From Candidatus Hydrogenedentota bacterium (GTDB lineage: Bacteria; Hydrogenedentota; Hydrogenedentia; Hydrogenedentales; SLHB01), in the NCBI GenBank assembly GCA_963668025.2, contig CAXXTH010000017.1, positions 1-64,000 of the forward strand: a stretch of DNA of 64,000 nucleotides, in the 5' to 3' direction. The position numbers were made by a program, and so were the translations under genes. Shown in pieces: positions 40,303 through 50,115 of this stretch. The number at the start of each line of letters is the position of its first letter. Positions within the stretch are counted from its first letter, which is position 1. The notes under the pieces were generated by a model, which ran no database searches, was not told where the DNA came from, and was given only the letters and a program-made list of their open reading frames with translations.

Positions 40303-41589
40303 TTACTGCTTCCGGGGCCGTGGATGATTCTTTTTATACCGCTTTCCCGTGGTCCAAATCACCAGCGCGCAACAGGCGTATGCCGCTTTGCCGGAGCCGC
40401 CGCATCCGCCGGTTCCGGGCTTCGATAGTGTAAGCTCCACGGCGGTCACTGTGATGGACGACACCGTGACTTGTTCGGATTCGCTTGTATACCCGTCCGC
40501 CGCAGCTTCCACATCGTGCTGGCCCGAAGAAACCGCATCGAATATGAAAGTCAGACTCGTGGCGTCCCTCACGCCCGCTACTCCCGAAAGGGTGCATGTC
40601 GGATTGACGCCGTCCGAAACAGGGTCGCCCGCTGAATCTAGGAGGCTCACCACGACCGTCCCCGGCCCGATGCTCTTCGTGAAGTAATCCGTCGTATCCA
40701 CATCGCCAGCCGTTTTATCGTCAATCTCGGTGGCATCGGCAGTGCCCCAATCGTTGGATTCGGCGCTTACTTCTTCATCCGTTACGTTTTGGACATACAG
40801 GCCCTCCGTATCATCGAACTGGTTGAGGCCTGTCTTCTCGATATTTTCGGAGTCGCCCAGCATGGGAACCGTTTCGCCCGACTGCTTATCGGCGGCGTAA
40901 TCCACATAAACCGCCGCGACGGTGGTGCTCTCAAAACGGCACCGGGTGATATTCACCCCAGACCCATAAGCCGCCACGCCATACGCATGGTTGATGATTT
41001 TACAGTCGGCTATGCTCGTTTTCATCCATTCGCCCCCGTACACTTCGACGGCGGTGGTGTCTCTCGCTGCCGTTCCCGTAATCGAGCATTGCCACAGCGA
41101 AGTGATTTTACCCGATGCGCCATACATCCGCACGCATGCCGTGTCGAATGCACCTGCGGAGCCTTTAACAGAAATGGAGCCTGCCGCCTGGATATCGAAG
41201 CCCAGCACATTTGAACTAGGCCCCATGGTGATACACGCGCCGTATCCCGGCAGTTCGATGACCGGCGTGTTCCATCCGATGAGATTCACGCCCGGCGCTA
41301 CGGTTATCCCGGAGATGGGCGCTTCATATGGCACAGTCACATTGTTTACGATGACGCTCCACCCAAGGGTGGCGGGATGATTTTCGGCCATGGACGCCGC
41401 GATGGACAAAGCATAGGGTATGCTTTGAAACGGCTGGCTGATGGTTCCGTAAACCGTGGCGTCTCCGTCAATTCCATCCACATTGTTGACGAAATATGTA
41501 TTTAGGTAAGTTTCCCCTGACGCCTGCCCCCCAGCGAATAAGGCGATCCCCACCCACACAGGAAGTAAAAAACGTATCCGTGCATCCAT
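40303..41589 (-). CDS. Secreted right-handed beta-helix (DUF1565-like) protein with carboxypeptidase-regulatory-like domain and Cys-containing C-terminal tail
   Basis: Signal peptide, GTISQPFQSIPYAL, beta-helix repeats, NDWG, AADGY, GGCGG tail. Confidence 0.65.
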   Translation of the reverse strand: MDARIRFLLPVWVGIALFAGGQASGETYLNTYFVNNVDGIDGDATVYGTISQPFQSIPYALSIAASMAENHPATLGWSVIVNNVTVPYEAPISGITVAPGVNLIGWNTPVIELPGYGACITMGPSSNVLGFDIQAAGSISVKGSAGAFDTACVRMYGASGKITSLWQCSITGTAARDTTAVEVYGGEWMKTSIADCKIINHAYGVAAYGSGVNITRCRFESTTVAAVYVDYAADKQSGETVPMLGDSENIEKTGLNQFDDTEGLYVQNVTDEEVSAESNDWGTADATEIDDKTAGDVDTTDYFTKSIGPGTVVVSLLDSAGDPVSDGVNPTCTLSGVAGVRDATSLTFIFDAVSSGQHDVEAAADGYTSESEQVTVSSITVTAVELTLSKPGTGGCGGSGKAAYACCALVIWTTGKRYKKNHPRPRKQ

Positions 41590-41802
41590 GTCGCATGCCC
41601 CTTATGCGTCGGCGCGCCTTGGGCGAAGCACTTCACGCCCAGCAACACGCAGGGCTTCCGCGCCCATCCATTCACAGCAGCACTTCCAACTCATCTTATC
41701 CCTGCATGGAAAAAGTGTCAAGGCGGCGCTTAACGGCGCTTTTTCACATCAGGTGCGCTGTTGTGTATCGCGTTTCATGGATAACAGGATGGTTCCCGGG
41801 CG

Positions 41803-41955
41803 CTATTCCCCGCTTTCGTTGCGATCACGCAGGCGGCCAAGCATGCCCCGGATGTCAAAGGCGCCACGTATGGAGACGTAGACCGTCACGGTGGAATACC
41901 AGACGACACATGCGATGGTGAGCAGCAGCCAGAAGTTTTTTAATAAGCTCATCAT
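41803..41955 (-). CDS. Small single-TM protein coupled to the symporter (50 aa), absent from the ORF track
   Basis: MMSLLKNFWLLLTIACVVWYSTVTVYVSIRGAFDIRGMLGRLRDRNESGE*; ATGA overlap, RBS GGAGG. Confidence 0.72.
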   Translation of the reverse strand: MMSLLKNFWLLLTIACVVWYSTVTVYVSIRGAFDIRGMLGRLRDRNESGE

Positions 41956-43493
41956 GCCGTTTTCCTCCACAGTTTAAGCAGCAGGCCGATCACCTTTTTA
42001 AGCAGCGGGCCGATCACCTTTTCAAGAAGCGGACTAATCACCGGTTTGAGCAGCGAGCCAATGATCATGGCTGCGGCGGCTCCCACGTAGGCCGAAATGC
42101 CGGTGTAATAGGAATAGGGTGCTTCACCGAGCCACGCGGTGGCGTCTTGTTGTTTGAGTATGAGGAACGACACGGGGATCACCGCGCCCACGATGATGGC
42201 CCCGCCCGCGCCCCAGCTATTGGCGCGCTTCCAGTAGCAGCATGCGATCAAGAGCGTGGACATGCTCGACAGATAAATGGTGCCCGTGATGGTGAGGTAA
42301 TCCCACACCGAGCCTTGCAGGGGATACCATAATCCGTACACCAGTAAAAACACCCCGATGCATCCCACGATGCAGCGGCTCCAAAGGAGCCCCTTGCGTT
42401 CGCTCCAAACTGTTTTGCGGAATGGAGCCAGGATGTCGTTGTAGATCACGCTGCCCCAGGTTAGCATGTATGAGGAATCGGTCGACATATCCGCCGCGAG
42501 CATCGCCGCGATGAGCAGGCCCATGAGGCCTACGGGCACGACGCTCGATAGGAACATAGGCATGGCGCGCATAGTGTTTCCGCTCACGGCATCCGGGGCA
42601 AGCGTGGCTAGAGCGGCTACGCCCCACAACACGGGAATCAGGAAACGGCATACGAAGAAGAAACTCGTGCGGGTGTATACCTTTAAACCGGTGGCCGTGT
42701 CTTTCGCTGCCAGCAAGCGCTGGACGGTGGTCTGCCAGGTGAGGACCGCGGCGAGGTTCACCAGCGCATTAAATAGCACATACGGCCAGCCCATTTCGCT
42801 GTTCACGAAGGGATTAAATCCGCCCGCGCCGTAATGGGTTTCCACAGTCTCCACCAGCGTGCCCCAGCCGATTGTGACGAGAATGAGAATCGTCACCGCA
42901 AGGAGCCCCACGCTCATGACAATAAATTGGAGAAAATCCGTGATTAATACGGAAAGCATGCCCCCGAGGATGGTGTAGACCGCCACGCCCACCAGCAACA
43001 CCGTCATGATGATTTCCAAATTATAACCGTCGGGATTCAAGCCCGCCACGAGCACGAGAAATTCGCCGCCCGTGCGCAGGAAGATGCCCATGTTGAGCAG
43101 GCCGCCCAGTACGATGACCACACCCGCCAGCCAGCGGATTTTTTTACCGAACTGGCGGTCAAACATTTCCGGCACCGTCATCACGCCTGAGTCGCGCAGA
43201 GGCCGCATGCAGAAGCCCGTCTTGCCCACCACGAACATCCAGAAGGCCATCAGAATGCCGGGCACGGCCCCCGAGAAGCCCTTGTCATACCCGTTCTGCG
43301 CGGTGTACATGCAGGTGACGATGCCGAACTCGGTGGCCGCCAGCGATGCGATGCCCAAGTACAGGTTCATTTCGCGCCCAGCGATGAGGAAATCCTCGAC
43401 TTTCCCCACATAACGGCGCACCATGATGCCCGCCGCCATCGTTCCCGCCAGATACAGTCCGATGATGCCGCCGTCTAACAGGCTCAAATGCAT
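41952..43493 (-). CDS. Sodium:solute symporter family protein
   Basis: DFLIAGR, SLAATE, YTILGGM..V..TDFLQF, VQRLLAAKD, AMLAADMST. Confidence 0.92.
   Translation of the reverse strand: MHLSLLDGGIIGLYLAGTMAAGIMVRRYVGKVEDFLIAGREMNLYLGIASLAATEFGIVTCMYTAQNGYDKGFSGAVPGILMAFWMFVVGKTGFCMRPLRDSGVMTVPEMFDRQFGKKIRWLAGVVIVLGGLLNMGIFLRTGGEFLVLVAGLNPDGYNLEIIMTVLLVGVAVYTILGGMLSVLITDFLQFIVMSVGLLAVTILILVTIGWGTLVETVETHYGAGGFNPFVNSEMGWPYVLFNALVNLAAVLTWQTTVQRLLAAKDTATGLKVYTRTSFFFVCRFLIPVLWGVAALATLAPDAVSGNTMRAMPMFLSSVVPVGLMGLLIAAMLAADMSTDSSYMLTWGSVIYNDILAPFRKTVWSERKGLLWSRCIVGCIGVFLLVYGLWYPLQGSVWDYLTITGTIYLSSMSTLLIACCYWKRANSWGAGGAIIVGAVIPVSFLILKQQDATAWLGEAPYSYYTGISAYVGAAAAMIIGSLLKPVISPLLEKVIGPLLKKVIGLLLKLWRKTA
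41973..42068. repeat. Four 24-bp tandem coding repeats
   Basis: TTTAAGCAGCAGGCCGATCACCTT / TTTAAGCAGCGGGCCGATCACCTT / TTCAAGAAGCGGACTAATCACCGG / TTTGAGCAGCGAGCCAATGATCAT. Confidence 0.8.
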
Positions 43494-43576
43494 GCGGAAT
43501 ATCCCCTTTGGTTGATTTGCTTCGTTTATGTTCGATTATAATAATTGTGTTTACGCTCTTCCACCTATCACCATAC

Positions 43577-43780
43577 AAAATTTTGTAACACTTTAGCCAA
43601 GTGAAGCGGCATTGGATGGTTTCTGCCTTGTTCATTGCATCGCAACGAGATAGATGCATTATATTCCATATATCGACCGCTGGGGGCAGCGGTCCCACAC
43701 TTTTTTATAGTAATCAATGTGTGGGACCGGCGCCCTCGCCGGTCATGCTTCACCACTTGGCTAAAGTGTTACAAATTTTT
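43577..43780. mobile_element. MITE-like element with 22-bp perfect terminal inverted repeats
   Basis: TTTGTAACACTTTAGCCAAGTG (43582-43603) and CACTTGGCTAAAGTGTTACAAA (43754-43775); non-coding interior with a REP. Confidence 0.65.
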
Positions 43781-43794
43781 TCATGCTTTGGAAA

Positions 43795-44892
43795 TCACGG
43801 CTGGTATGCCCGAACCGCATCCATGAGCGTATTGGCCTCTTTCTCCCCAGGCGTTTGCCGCACATTATACAACACCCCGCCCGTCAATTCCCTGTTGCGG
43901 AGGGCGTCGCGGAAAGATTCATAGGGGACCGAACACACCAGCGGCATATCGCCAAGCTGGCGGCGCAACTGTGGCAGCACCTCAAACGCCAGCGGATATC
44001 CACGGTCATCCCCCAGATACACGGCTTTCAATCCGCGGACATCCCGGATGGCGTCCAGCAGGTGCCGGCCGTTTCCATGAATATGCACGACGCCGCCGTC
44101 GAACTCGGAAAAGATGCGTTCGAGCACGCCCCGGCCCCATTCATCAAAACACGCCGTCGAGGCCATGTGGAAAGGGTCCACGCTTTCGGAAACAATCCGG
44201 CCAGGAAGCCATTGCGCCATGTTGCTGCATGTCCCGCCGCATACGAAAGGCGCATTTTCGAAGAAAAAGGCCTGCACTTTTTTATTAAGCTCGAATGCAA
44301 AGTCCAATACAAGGCGCACCTGTTCCGGATGCTCCAGCATCTCGACATACGCGCGTGTCGCCCCAAAAAGTTCAAACAAAAAATTAATCCCGTTGATTAA
44401 AATGAAATGGCTAAGGCCAAATTTCCCGCTCGCTCCATCCGCAAAGATAGCGAGCTGCTTCTTGAAAAGGCAAAACCACTCCGCATCATCATCCAGGCGC
44501 AAATGGGGAAATTCGGCCCATTCATTCATGAAAGGCATCACCATGGACGAAATCCAGCCCGTTTCCGGATCGTAAATAAAATGGGGTTTCGCCCCTACCA
44601 TGCCCCCGTACAATCCTTGGTCCATTTCGGAGAGATAGGCGCTCGGCACCGAGTCATCGAAAATAGCTCGTTTTTCGCTCAAATAACGGTCCCAAAAAAT
44701 GGCCCGCTCCTCCAGCTCTGGGAATTCACATGGGCCTGCCGGATGGCTGGCGCGAAATTCTTCCAGCGTCTTGCTTGGGACCTGAAAAGAAGCCAGCACG
44801 ATAGGAGCGCGTTCATCCAGCCATTTTTTCAGCCGGGCGGCCGTCTCTTCCAGATAAGGGCAATACTCAAGATTTTTTTCAATTGTTTGCAT
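43795..44892 (-). CDS. Uroporphyrinogen decarboxylase/MtaA-like TIM-barrel protein
   Basis: LFGATRAYVEMLEHPEQV, FDEWG..LERI, VHIHG pattern. Confidence 0.55.
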   Translation of the reverse strand: MQTIEKNLEYCPYLEETAARLKKWLDERAPIVLASFQVPSKTLEEFRASHPAGPCEFPELEERAIFWDRYLSEKRAIFDDSVPSAYLSEMDQGLYGGMVGAKPHFIYDPETGWISSMVMPFMNEWAEFPHLRLDDDAEWFCLFKKQLAIFADGASGKFGLSHFILINGINFLFELFGATRAYVEMLEHPEQVRLVLDFAFELNKKVQAFFFENAPFVCGGTCSNMAQWLPGRIVSESVDPFHMASTACFDEWGRGVLERIFSEFDGGVVHIHGNGRHLLDAIRDVRGLKAVYLGDDRGYPLAFEVLPQLRRQLGDMPLVCSVPYESFRDALRNRELTGGVLYNVRQTPGEKEANTLMDAVRAYQP

Positions 44893-45394
44893 TGGTTTCC
44901 TCTAGCCTTTATGTGGGTGTAGCCAATCCAGAATCCCCGTCCGGTAAGGATAACGGTATTTATGACGTTTGGATATAGCGTATTCCGCCAATTTATTTAG
45001 CAGATTGAATCATCGCCGCCGCCGGGGGAAGAGGCAGAAAGCGTCTAGCGGCTTGCGATTGCGGGGATTTTAAAAACAGTAGTTTCTCGAGGAAATCCGT
45101 TTATTTTGATTTTTGGTGGCACTTTAGCTGCTTGAAGTAAAAGCATCGGGACGGTTTTTGAACGGAGAATACATAATAATCGCCGATGATGGAAAAAATT
45201 TTTCTTAGACTTGATTTACAAGAGGAAACAAGATCATTCCGCTAAAGTATTACGAATTTCGAACCTCGCTGAATGCAGAGACGCCAAGCAAGCAAGTGGC
45301 TGGCATGAATGCCGTTTTCTGCATATGGACGCTTTGTATAAACGTTGCTATCCTGCCTGAATTTTCATCCGGCGGCACTACGTTGGACTGGCCC

Positions 45395-46357
45395 TTAGCA
45401 CGCCAGCACGATTTTCCCAAACGCCTTTTGTTGTATGACCGCGTCATGGGCGGCGGGCGCTTCGGCCAGCGGGAATTCTTTCCCGATCACCGGAATCAGC
45501 GCGCCTTGCGCCAGGAGGCGGTCGATGGCGTTGAAGGCTTCGGCAATCTCATGTTCGGGCACGCCGCGCGGGCCTAATCCCCGAATATCCGCGTTGCGCA
45601 TCATGAGGTCGCGGGCGTTGATCTCGACGGGTCCGCGGCTGCCCACGACGACCACCCGGCCACGCACGGCCAAGAGCTTACAGTCCGCGCCCAGGTTCAC
45701 ATTGGCGAGCATCTCGATGATGATATCCGCGCCTTTCCCGCCGGTGGCTTCGAGGATGGCGTCCTGATAACCCGCTTCGTGGTGGTTGAAGGCCGCATCC
45801 ACGCCTTGCTCGCCGAGCAGGCGCATGCCTGCTTCGGAGCCTGCCGTGCCGAACACGCGCAATTTCGCCGCCCGGGCGAGCTGGATGGCCGCGACACCCA
45901 CCCCGCCGCTCGCGCCATGAACGAGCACGGTCTCGCCCGATTGCGCGCCTCCCCGCGCGAACAGGGCGCGGTGCGCCGTGCCGTAAGGAACGCCTATTGC
46001 CGCGCCTTGCGCAAAGGATAACGCCGCCGGAAGGGGATGCACCTGCGCCGCGCGGCACAGGCAATATTCGGCGTATGTCCCGGTAAGCGCATGATGGACG
46101 TAGACTCGTGCGCCCGGCGCAGCGCCTTCCGCATCCGCGTCTACAGACGCGATAACGCCCGCGCCATCCATGCCCGGCGTATAAGGCAAGGCGGGGCTAT
46201 ATCCTTGCGCGCCCGAGCGCAAGTAGGTGTCCACGGGATTCACGCCCGCCGCATGGAGGCGGACTACGATTTCGCCCGCGCCCGCGGCAAGTTCGGGCAC
46301 ATCCTCGAACACCATGACCTCGGGTGCGCCTGTTTCATGTACGCGAATCGCTTTCAT
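45395..46357 (-). CDS. qor: NADPH:quinone reductase (zeta-crystallin-like)
   Basis: AAGVNPVDTY, PYTPGMDGAG, VLVHGASGGVG, GKIVL. Confidence 0.9.
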   Translation of the reverse strand: MKAIRVHETGAPEVMVFEDVPELAAGAGEIVVRLHAAGVNPVDTYLRSGAQGYSPALPYTPGMDGAGVIASVDADAEGAAPGARVYVHHALTGTYAEYCLCRAAQVHPLPAALSFAQGAAIGVPYGTAHRALFARGGAQSGETVLVHGASGGVGVAAIQLARAAKLRVFGTAGSEAGMRLLGEQGVDAAFNHHEAGYQDAILEATGGKGADIIIEMLANVNLGADCKLLAVRGRVVVVGSRGPVEINARDLMMRNADIRGLGPRGVPEHEIAEAFNAIDRLLAQGALIPVIGKEFPLAEAPAAHDAVIQQKAFGKIVLAC

Positions 46358-46437
46358 CGCACATTCCTCTCCCCTGCGGTTATGCCGCTTGCCGTTACTT
46401 ATGCAAAAAAGTATACACTCTAATACACTATCACAAT

Positions 46438-46464
46438 GTCATTCCCGCGAAAGCGGGAATCCAG
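46438..46464. repeat. GTCATTCCCGCGAAAGCGGGAATCCAG palindromic repeat
   Basis: Degenerate copies at 5618-5643 and 9916-9942 (reverse strand). Confidence 0.75.
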
Positions 46465-46556
46465 AGTGCTTTCGCTGGGATGTCTATATATTGTTTTCTA
46501 GTTTATATATTCAAATACATAAATGGCTGCCATCTTCGCCATGTCCCATGCACCTT

Positions 46557-47498
46557 TTACTCCCCGTCCGCGTTTTTCAGTTCATTATAGAACTCGCTGA
46601 ACGTATCGCCATGCACGCCTTTCATGAAGGCCATGGCGGCGCGGGGGTGTTTGTTGAGCATGCCGGTGATGGCGTAGGGCGTCTCGTAGCCCCAGCGCAG
46701 CTTTTGCTTTAGCGGTTCGAAATAGCGCTGCACGAGATCAAGCACGGGCCGCACGTCGAATTTGGGATTGCGTAAAAATCCCATCATCAACTCGAGGGGG
46801 CAATTGCCAGCCGCCCGGCCGATGCCATAAATCGTGGCGTCCAGATAGGTGGCCCCATGGAGCAGGGCCTCGATGGTGTTGCTGAAGGCCAGTTGCTGGT
46901 TGTTATGGGTGTGGACGCCGAATTGCTTGCCTGGCAGGCGGGAAATGTATTTTTCACAGTAATAGCGCACCTGCTCGGAATAGAAATACCCGAAGCTGTC
47001 CACGAAATAAACCATGTCCACCTCCGCACCCGCGATCTGATCGAGCGCCGAGTCCAGGTCCACCTCGATGGCGTGTGAGACGGCCATGATGTTGATGGCG
47101 GTGGTATAGCCGAGATCCTTCACGTGCCGCGCGAGGCGGAGGGCCTCGTCGATGTCATTGATATAAGTGGCCACGCGCACCAGGTCCACGATGCTCTCCT
47201 CTGCGGGCAGGAAGCTGTCGTAATCCGTGCGGCCCACGTCGCACATGATGGCCACTTTCGTGTTGCAGGGATAGGCCACATCGCGCAGGTCATCTTCATC
47301 CGAGAAACGCCACGGGCCGAAATCGTCCGTGGAATACTGCTTTTTGTCGGCGCGGTAGCCCAGTTCGACATAGTCCACGCCTGCCCGGGCGAGGCCGTCG
47401 AAGACGTCTTTCACGAGCGCCTTATCGAAACGCCATTCGTTCATCAATCCGCCGTCGCGAATGGTGCAATCCAATACTTTCACTTCCGGCCGGTACAT
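46557..47498 (-). CDS. DRE-TIM (HMGL-like) aldolase catalytic-domain protein
   Basis: LDCTIRDGG, VDSFG, HTHNNQQLAFSNT, GIGRAAGNCPLE. Confidence 0.88.
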   Translation of the reverse strand: MYRPEVKVLDCTIRDGGLMNEWRFDKALVKDVFDGLARAGVDYVELGYRADKKQYSTDDFGPWRFSDEDDLRDVAYPCNTKVAIMCDVGRTDYDSFLPAEESIVDLVRVATYINDIDEALRLARHVKDLGYTTAINIMAVSHAIEVDLDSALDQIAGAEVDMVYFVDSFGYFYSEQVRYYCEKYISRLPGKQFGVHTHNNQQLAFSNTIEALLHGATYLDATIYGIGRAAGNCPLELMMGFLRNPKFDVRPVLDLVQRYFEPLKQKLRWGYETPYAITGMLNKHPRAAMAFMKGVHGDTFSEFYNELKNADGE

Positions 47499-47564
47499 GG
47501 CGTGGGTTCTCCTATACTATATTGCTGTTTTGAAGACGGTGCGGCCTGTTCGCCGCACCCGTTC

Positions 47565-47610
47565 TAGCATGGCCGTCCCCGTCATGTGCATGGGCGGGAC
47601 GCCCATGCCA
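47565..47610. repeat. REP doublet of the GTGGCATGGGCGTCCCGCCCATG family
   Basis: Related copies at 23107-23129 and 24225-24251, all intergenic. Confidence 0.7.
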
Positions 47611-47630
47611 GAAAAATGATCAAAACAAAT

Positions 47631-48635
47631 TCATTCGCTTGCCACTTCATCGCCGGACTCCAGTTTGTCATCTTCCGGGGCCTCCGGCGCAGGAAATAGC
47701 GGGCAATTTATACAGTGTTCTTGCGGTGATGAAAAAAGCTTGGCCTGCCTGCGTTTCATATCCTCTTGGAAAAAACCGCCCGCGCCGCGATGAAACGCTT
47801 GCAACATGCGGCCCATGCGGCGCTCCAGCGCCATTTTCAGATCCTGAAAAGCGGATGCAGGCGGCGCGCTGGGCGTATGCGCGGCGGAGTCCTGCGACGA
47901 TTCAGCCACATAATCGCGCAACACCCGCAGATCATTCCACAAGCCTAGCGATTCTTGCGCGGCCTTCAAATGTTTAATAAAGCTGCTCATCGGCTTGCCA
48001 TACAGCTTCTCATGGCATTCGCATGCATACCGCAGCTTTTTGAAACACACGCGCACCCGATGCAGATGCTCTTCGTCCGGCTGCTCTTCCCATCGTGTGT
48101 AAGCTTTATGCACGCGCTTGTGCAACTTGCCAATCGATTTGCGGGCATGTTCGAGCAAGCATTTCTTCGATGCATGGCGGCTCTCGTCTAGTTCCACCCG
48201 CATCCGCTCGAAATCCGGCGCATCCGCCAGCGCGCACGCTGCTTGCACTTGAGGCGCGGTTTCCTTGCGCAAACGGTCCATATATCGTATCGAGAATGTG
48301 GCCGCCCGCCGTATATCCCCCCTGAATTGCGGGCGGATGTGCTGGAGCAGCAGCATGCTGACATCCAGCTCGCGGGCTTTCCCCAAGAGCCGTGTGATGG
48401 CGGCCGCCCGCTCCGTGAAATCACGCCGGGCCTTCTTGGCATGCACAAGGGCCGTTTCGTTGAGGGCGCTCCGCAGCCGGCGCGACGCGACGCGGAGGTC
48501 GTGGATGCCGTCCACGTCCTGCCTGCGCGCGGCGCTGGCCAATTGGCGTATTTTCTCCGTGCAGACATCCAGCAAGCGAGCCGCTTCTTCCACCGCCACA
48601 ACACAACCTGTGGCGCTCTGCGCCTCTTCATCCAT
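47631..48635 (-). CDS. CHAD-domain (polyphosphate-binding) protein
   Basis: IHDLRVASRRLRS, LGKARELDV, LHRVRVCFKKLRY..E, QESLGLWND. Confidence 0.9.
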   Translation of the reverse strand: MDEEAQSATGCVVAVEEAARLLDVCTEKIRQLASAARRQDVDGIHDLRVASRRLRSALNETALVHAKKARRDFTERAAAITRLLGKARELDVSMLLLQHIRPQFRGDIRRAATFSIRYMDRLRKETAPQVQAACALADAPDFERMRVELDESRHASKKCLLEHARKSIGKLHKRVHKAYTRWEEQPDEEHLHRVRVCFKKLRYACECHEKLYGKPMSSFIKHLKAAQESLGLWNDLRVLRDYVAESSQDSAAHTPSAPPASAFQDLKMALERRMGRMLQAFHRGAGGFFQEDMKRRQAKLFSSPQEHCINCPLFPAPEAPEDDKLESGDEVASE

Positions 48636-49060
48636 GGCTGGCCCTTTCATGCTCGAAAAAGAACTCAAGCAACCAGCCTACCCGTCATTCACGGCGGCTG
48701 TCAAACACCTATTTCATGTCCCGGGAGAAGCGCTGAAGGGGTCTCGAAACCACCGGTTAGGGCATTTGAAATGTAGTGAACGGCTTGACTTACGAAATGG
48801 GCATATGCCATACTTCCCCGGATTGTGGAATGAAAAGGGAAAGGCCCTGGCAGGCCATATCGATACGCCAGGGCGGAGAATGGATTCCCCGAGGCGGTAT
48901 CGCCTATCTACATGGCCTTGGCTCCATCAATCATAATACCTGAAGGCGTGCTCGATCCATCTGGTGAAGATTGGTTTACATACACGGGAATACCGTAGCA
49001 AAAAAACGGCAATACCATCGCGTATAACGCTCAACAAAACGGGTGAAAGGAACAGTGAAC

Positions 49061-50056
49061 ATGGCTACCAAGATTGGCATCAACGGATTTGGCCGCATCG
49101 GCCGCAACGTTTTCAAAATCCTCATGGACAACCCCTCGTTTGAGGTGGTTGGCATCAACGACCTTACCGACGCCAAGACGCTTGCGCACTTGCTCAAGTA
49201 TGACAGCACGTACGGCGTATATGGCAAGAAAGTGGAAGCCGTTGATGGCGCTATCATCGTTGATGGCAAAAAGATCATCATCAGCGCGGAAAAAGACCCG
49301 GCCAATCTGCCTTGGGGAACTCTTGGCGCGGAGTTGGTGCTCGAGTCCACCGGCGTGTTCACGTCGAAGGAAGCCTGCCTGAAGCACATCGCCGCTGGCG
49401 CAAAAAAAGTCCTCTTGAGCGTTCCTCCTAAGGACGAAGTGGACGCCATCGTCGTGATGGGCGTGAATGACGACACGCTGAAAGCCACCGATCAGGTCGT
49501 CTCGAATGCAAGCTGCACGACGAACTGCCTGGCCCCGATGGCGAAAGTCATCCATGAGGCCTTCGGCATCAAACGCGGCCTCATGAACACCATCCATGCC
49601 TACACGAACGACCAGCGCGTGCTGGATATGCCGCACAAGGACCTGCGCCGCGCCCGCACGGCCGCGAATTCCGTCATCCCGACAACGACCGGCGCCGCCC
49701 GCGCGGTTGGCAAAGTGTTGCCGGCCCTCAAAGGCAAGCTCGATGGTTTCTCGATGCGCGTTCCCGTCATCGATGGCTCGGTCGTGGACCTGACGGCGGA
49801 ACTCGAAAAGAACGTCACGATTGCGGAAATCAACGAGGCCATCAAGACGGCGGCCGAAGGCCCGCTCAAAGGCATCCTGAGCTACTGCACCGATCCGATC
49901 GTGTCCTGCGACATCATCGGCAACACGCACTCGAGCATCTTCGACTCGCTCCTGACCATGGTCATGGACGGCAATATGGTGAAGGTCGTCTCGTGGTACG
50001 ACAACGAGATGGGTTACTCGAGTCGTTGCGTCGACCTGTTCAAGAAAATGGCCTAA
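49061..50056 (+). CDS. gap: Glyceraldehyde-3-phosphate dehydrogenase, type I
   Basis: [27 protein letters not shown]. Confidence 0.98.
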   Translation: MATKIGINGFGRIGRNVFKILMDNPSFEVVGINDLTDAKTLAHLLKYDSTYGVYGKKVEAVDGAIIVDGKKIIISAEKDPANLPWGTLGAELVLESTGVFTSKEACLKHIAAGAKKVLLSVPPKDEVDAIVVMGVNDDTLKATDQVVSNASCTTNCLAPMAKVIHEAFGIKRGLMNTIHAYTNDQRVLDMPHKDLRRARTAANSVIPTTTGAARAVGKVLPALKGKLDGFSMRVPVIDGSVVDLTAELEKNVTIAEINEAIKTAAEGPLKGILSYCTDPIVSCDIIGNTHSSIFDSLLTMVMDGNMVKVVSWYDNEMGYSSRCVDLFKKMA

Positions 50057-50066
50057 CACTTCCATC

Positions 50067-50101
50067 GGGCTCGCGCGGGACCACCGCGCGAGCCCTTTTT
50101 T
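50067..50101 (+). terminator. Intrinsic terminator after gap
   Basis: GGGCTCGCGCGG-N5-CCGCGCGAGCCC-TTTTTT. Confidence 0.85.
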
Positions 50102-50115
50102 GAGGTTGGAATGCT

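Noticed and set aside
49031-50065. Long antisense ORFs over gap (and similarly over pnp and gdhA)
   Set aside because: Typical shadow ORFs of highly codon-biased genes.
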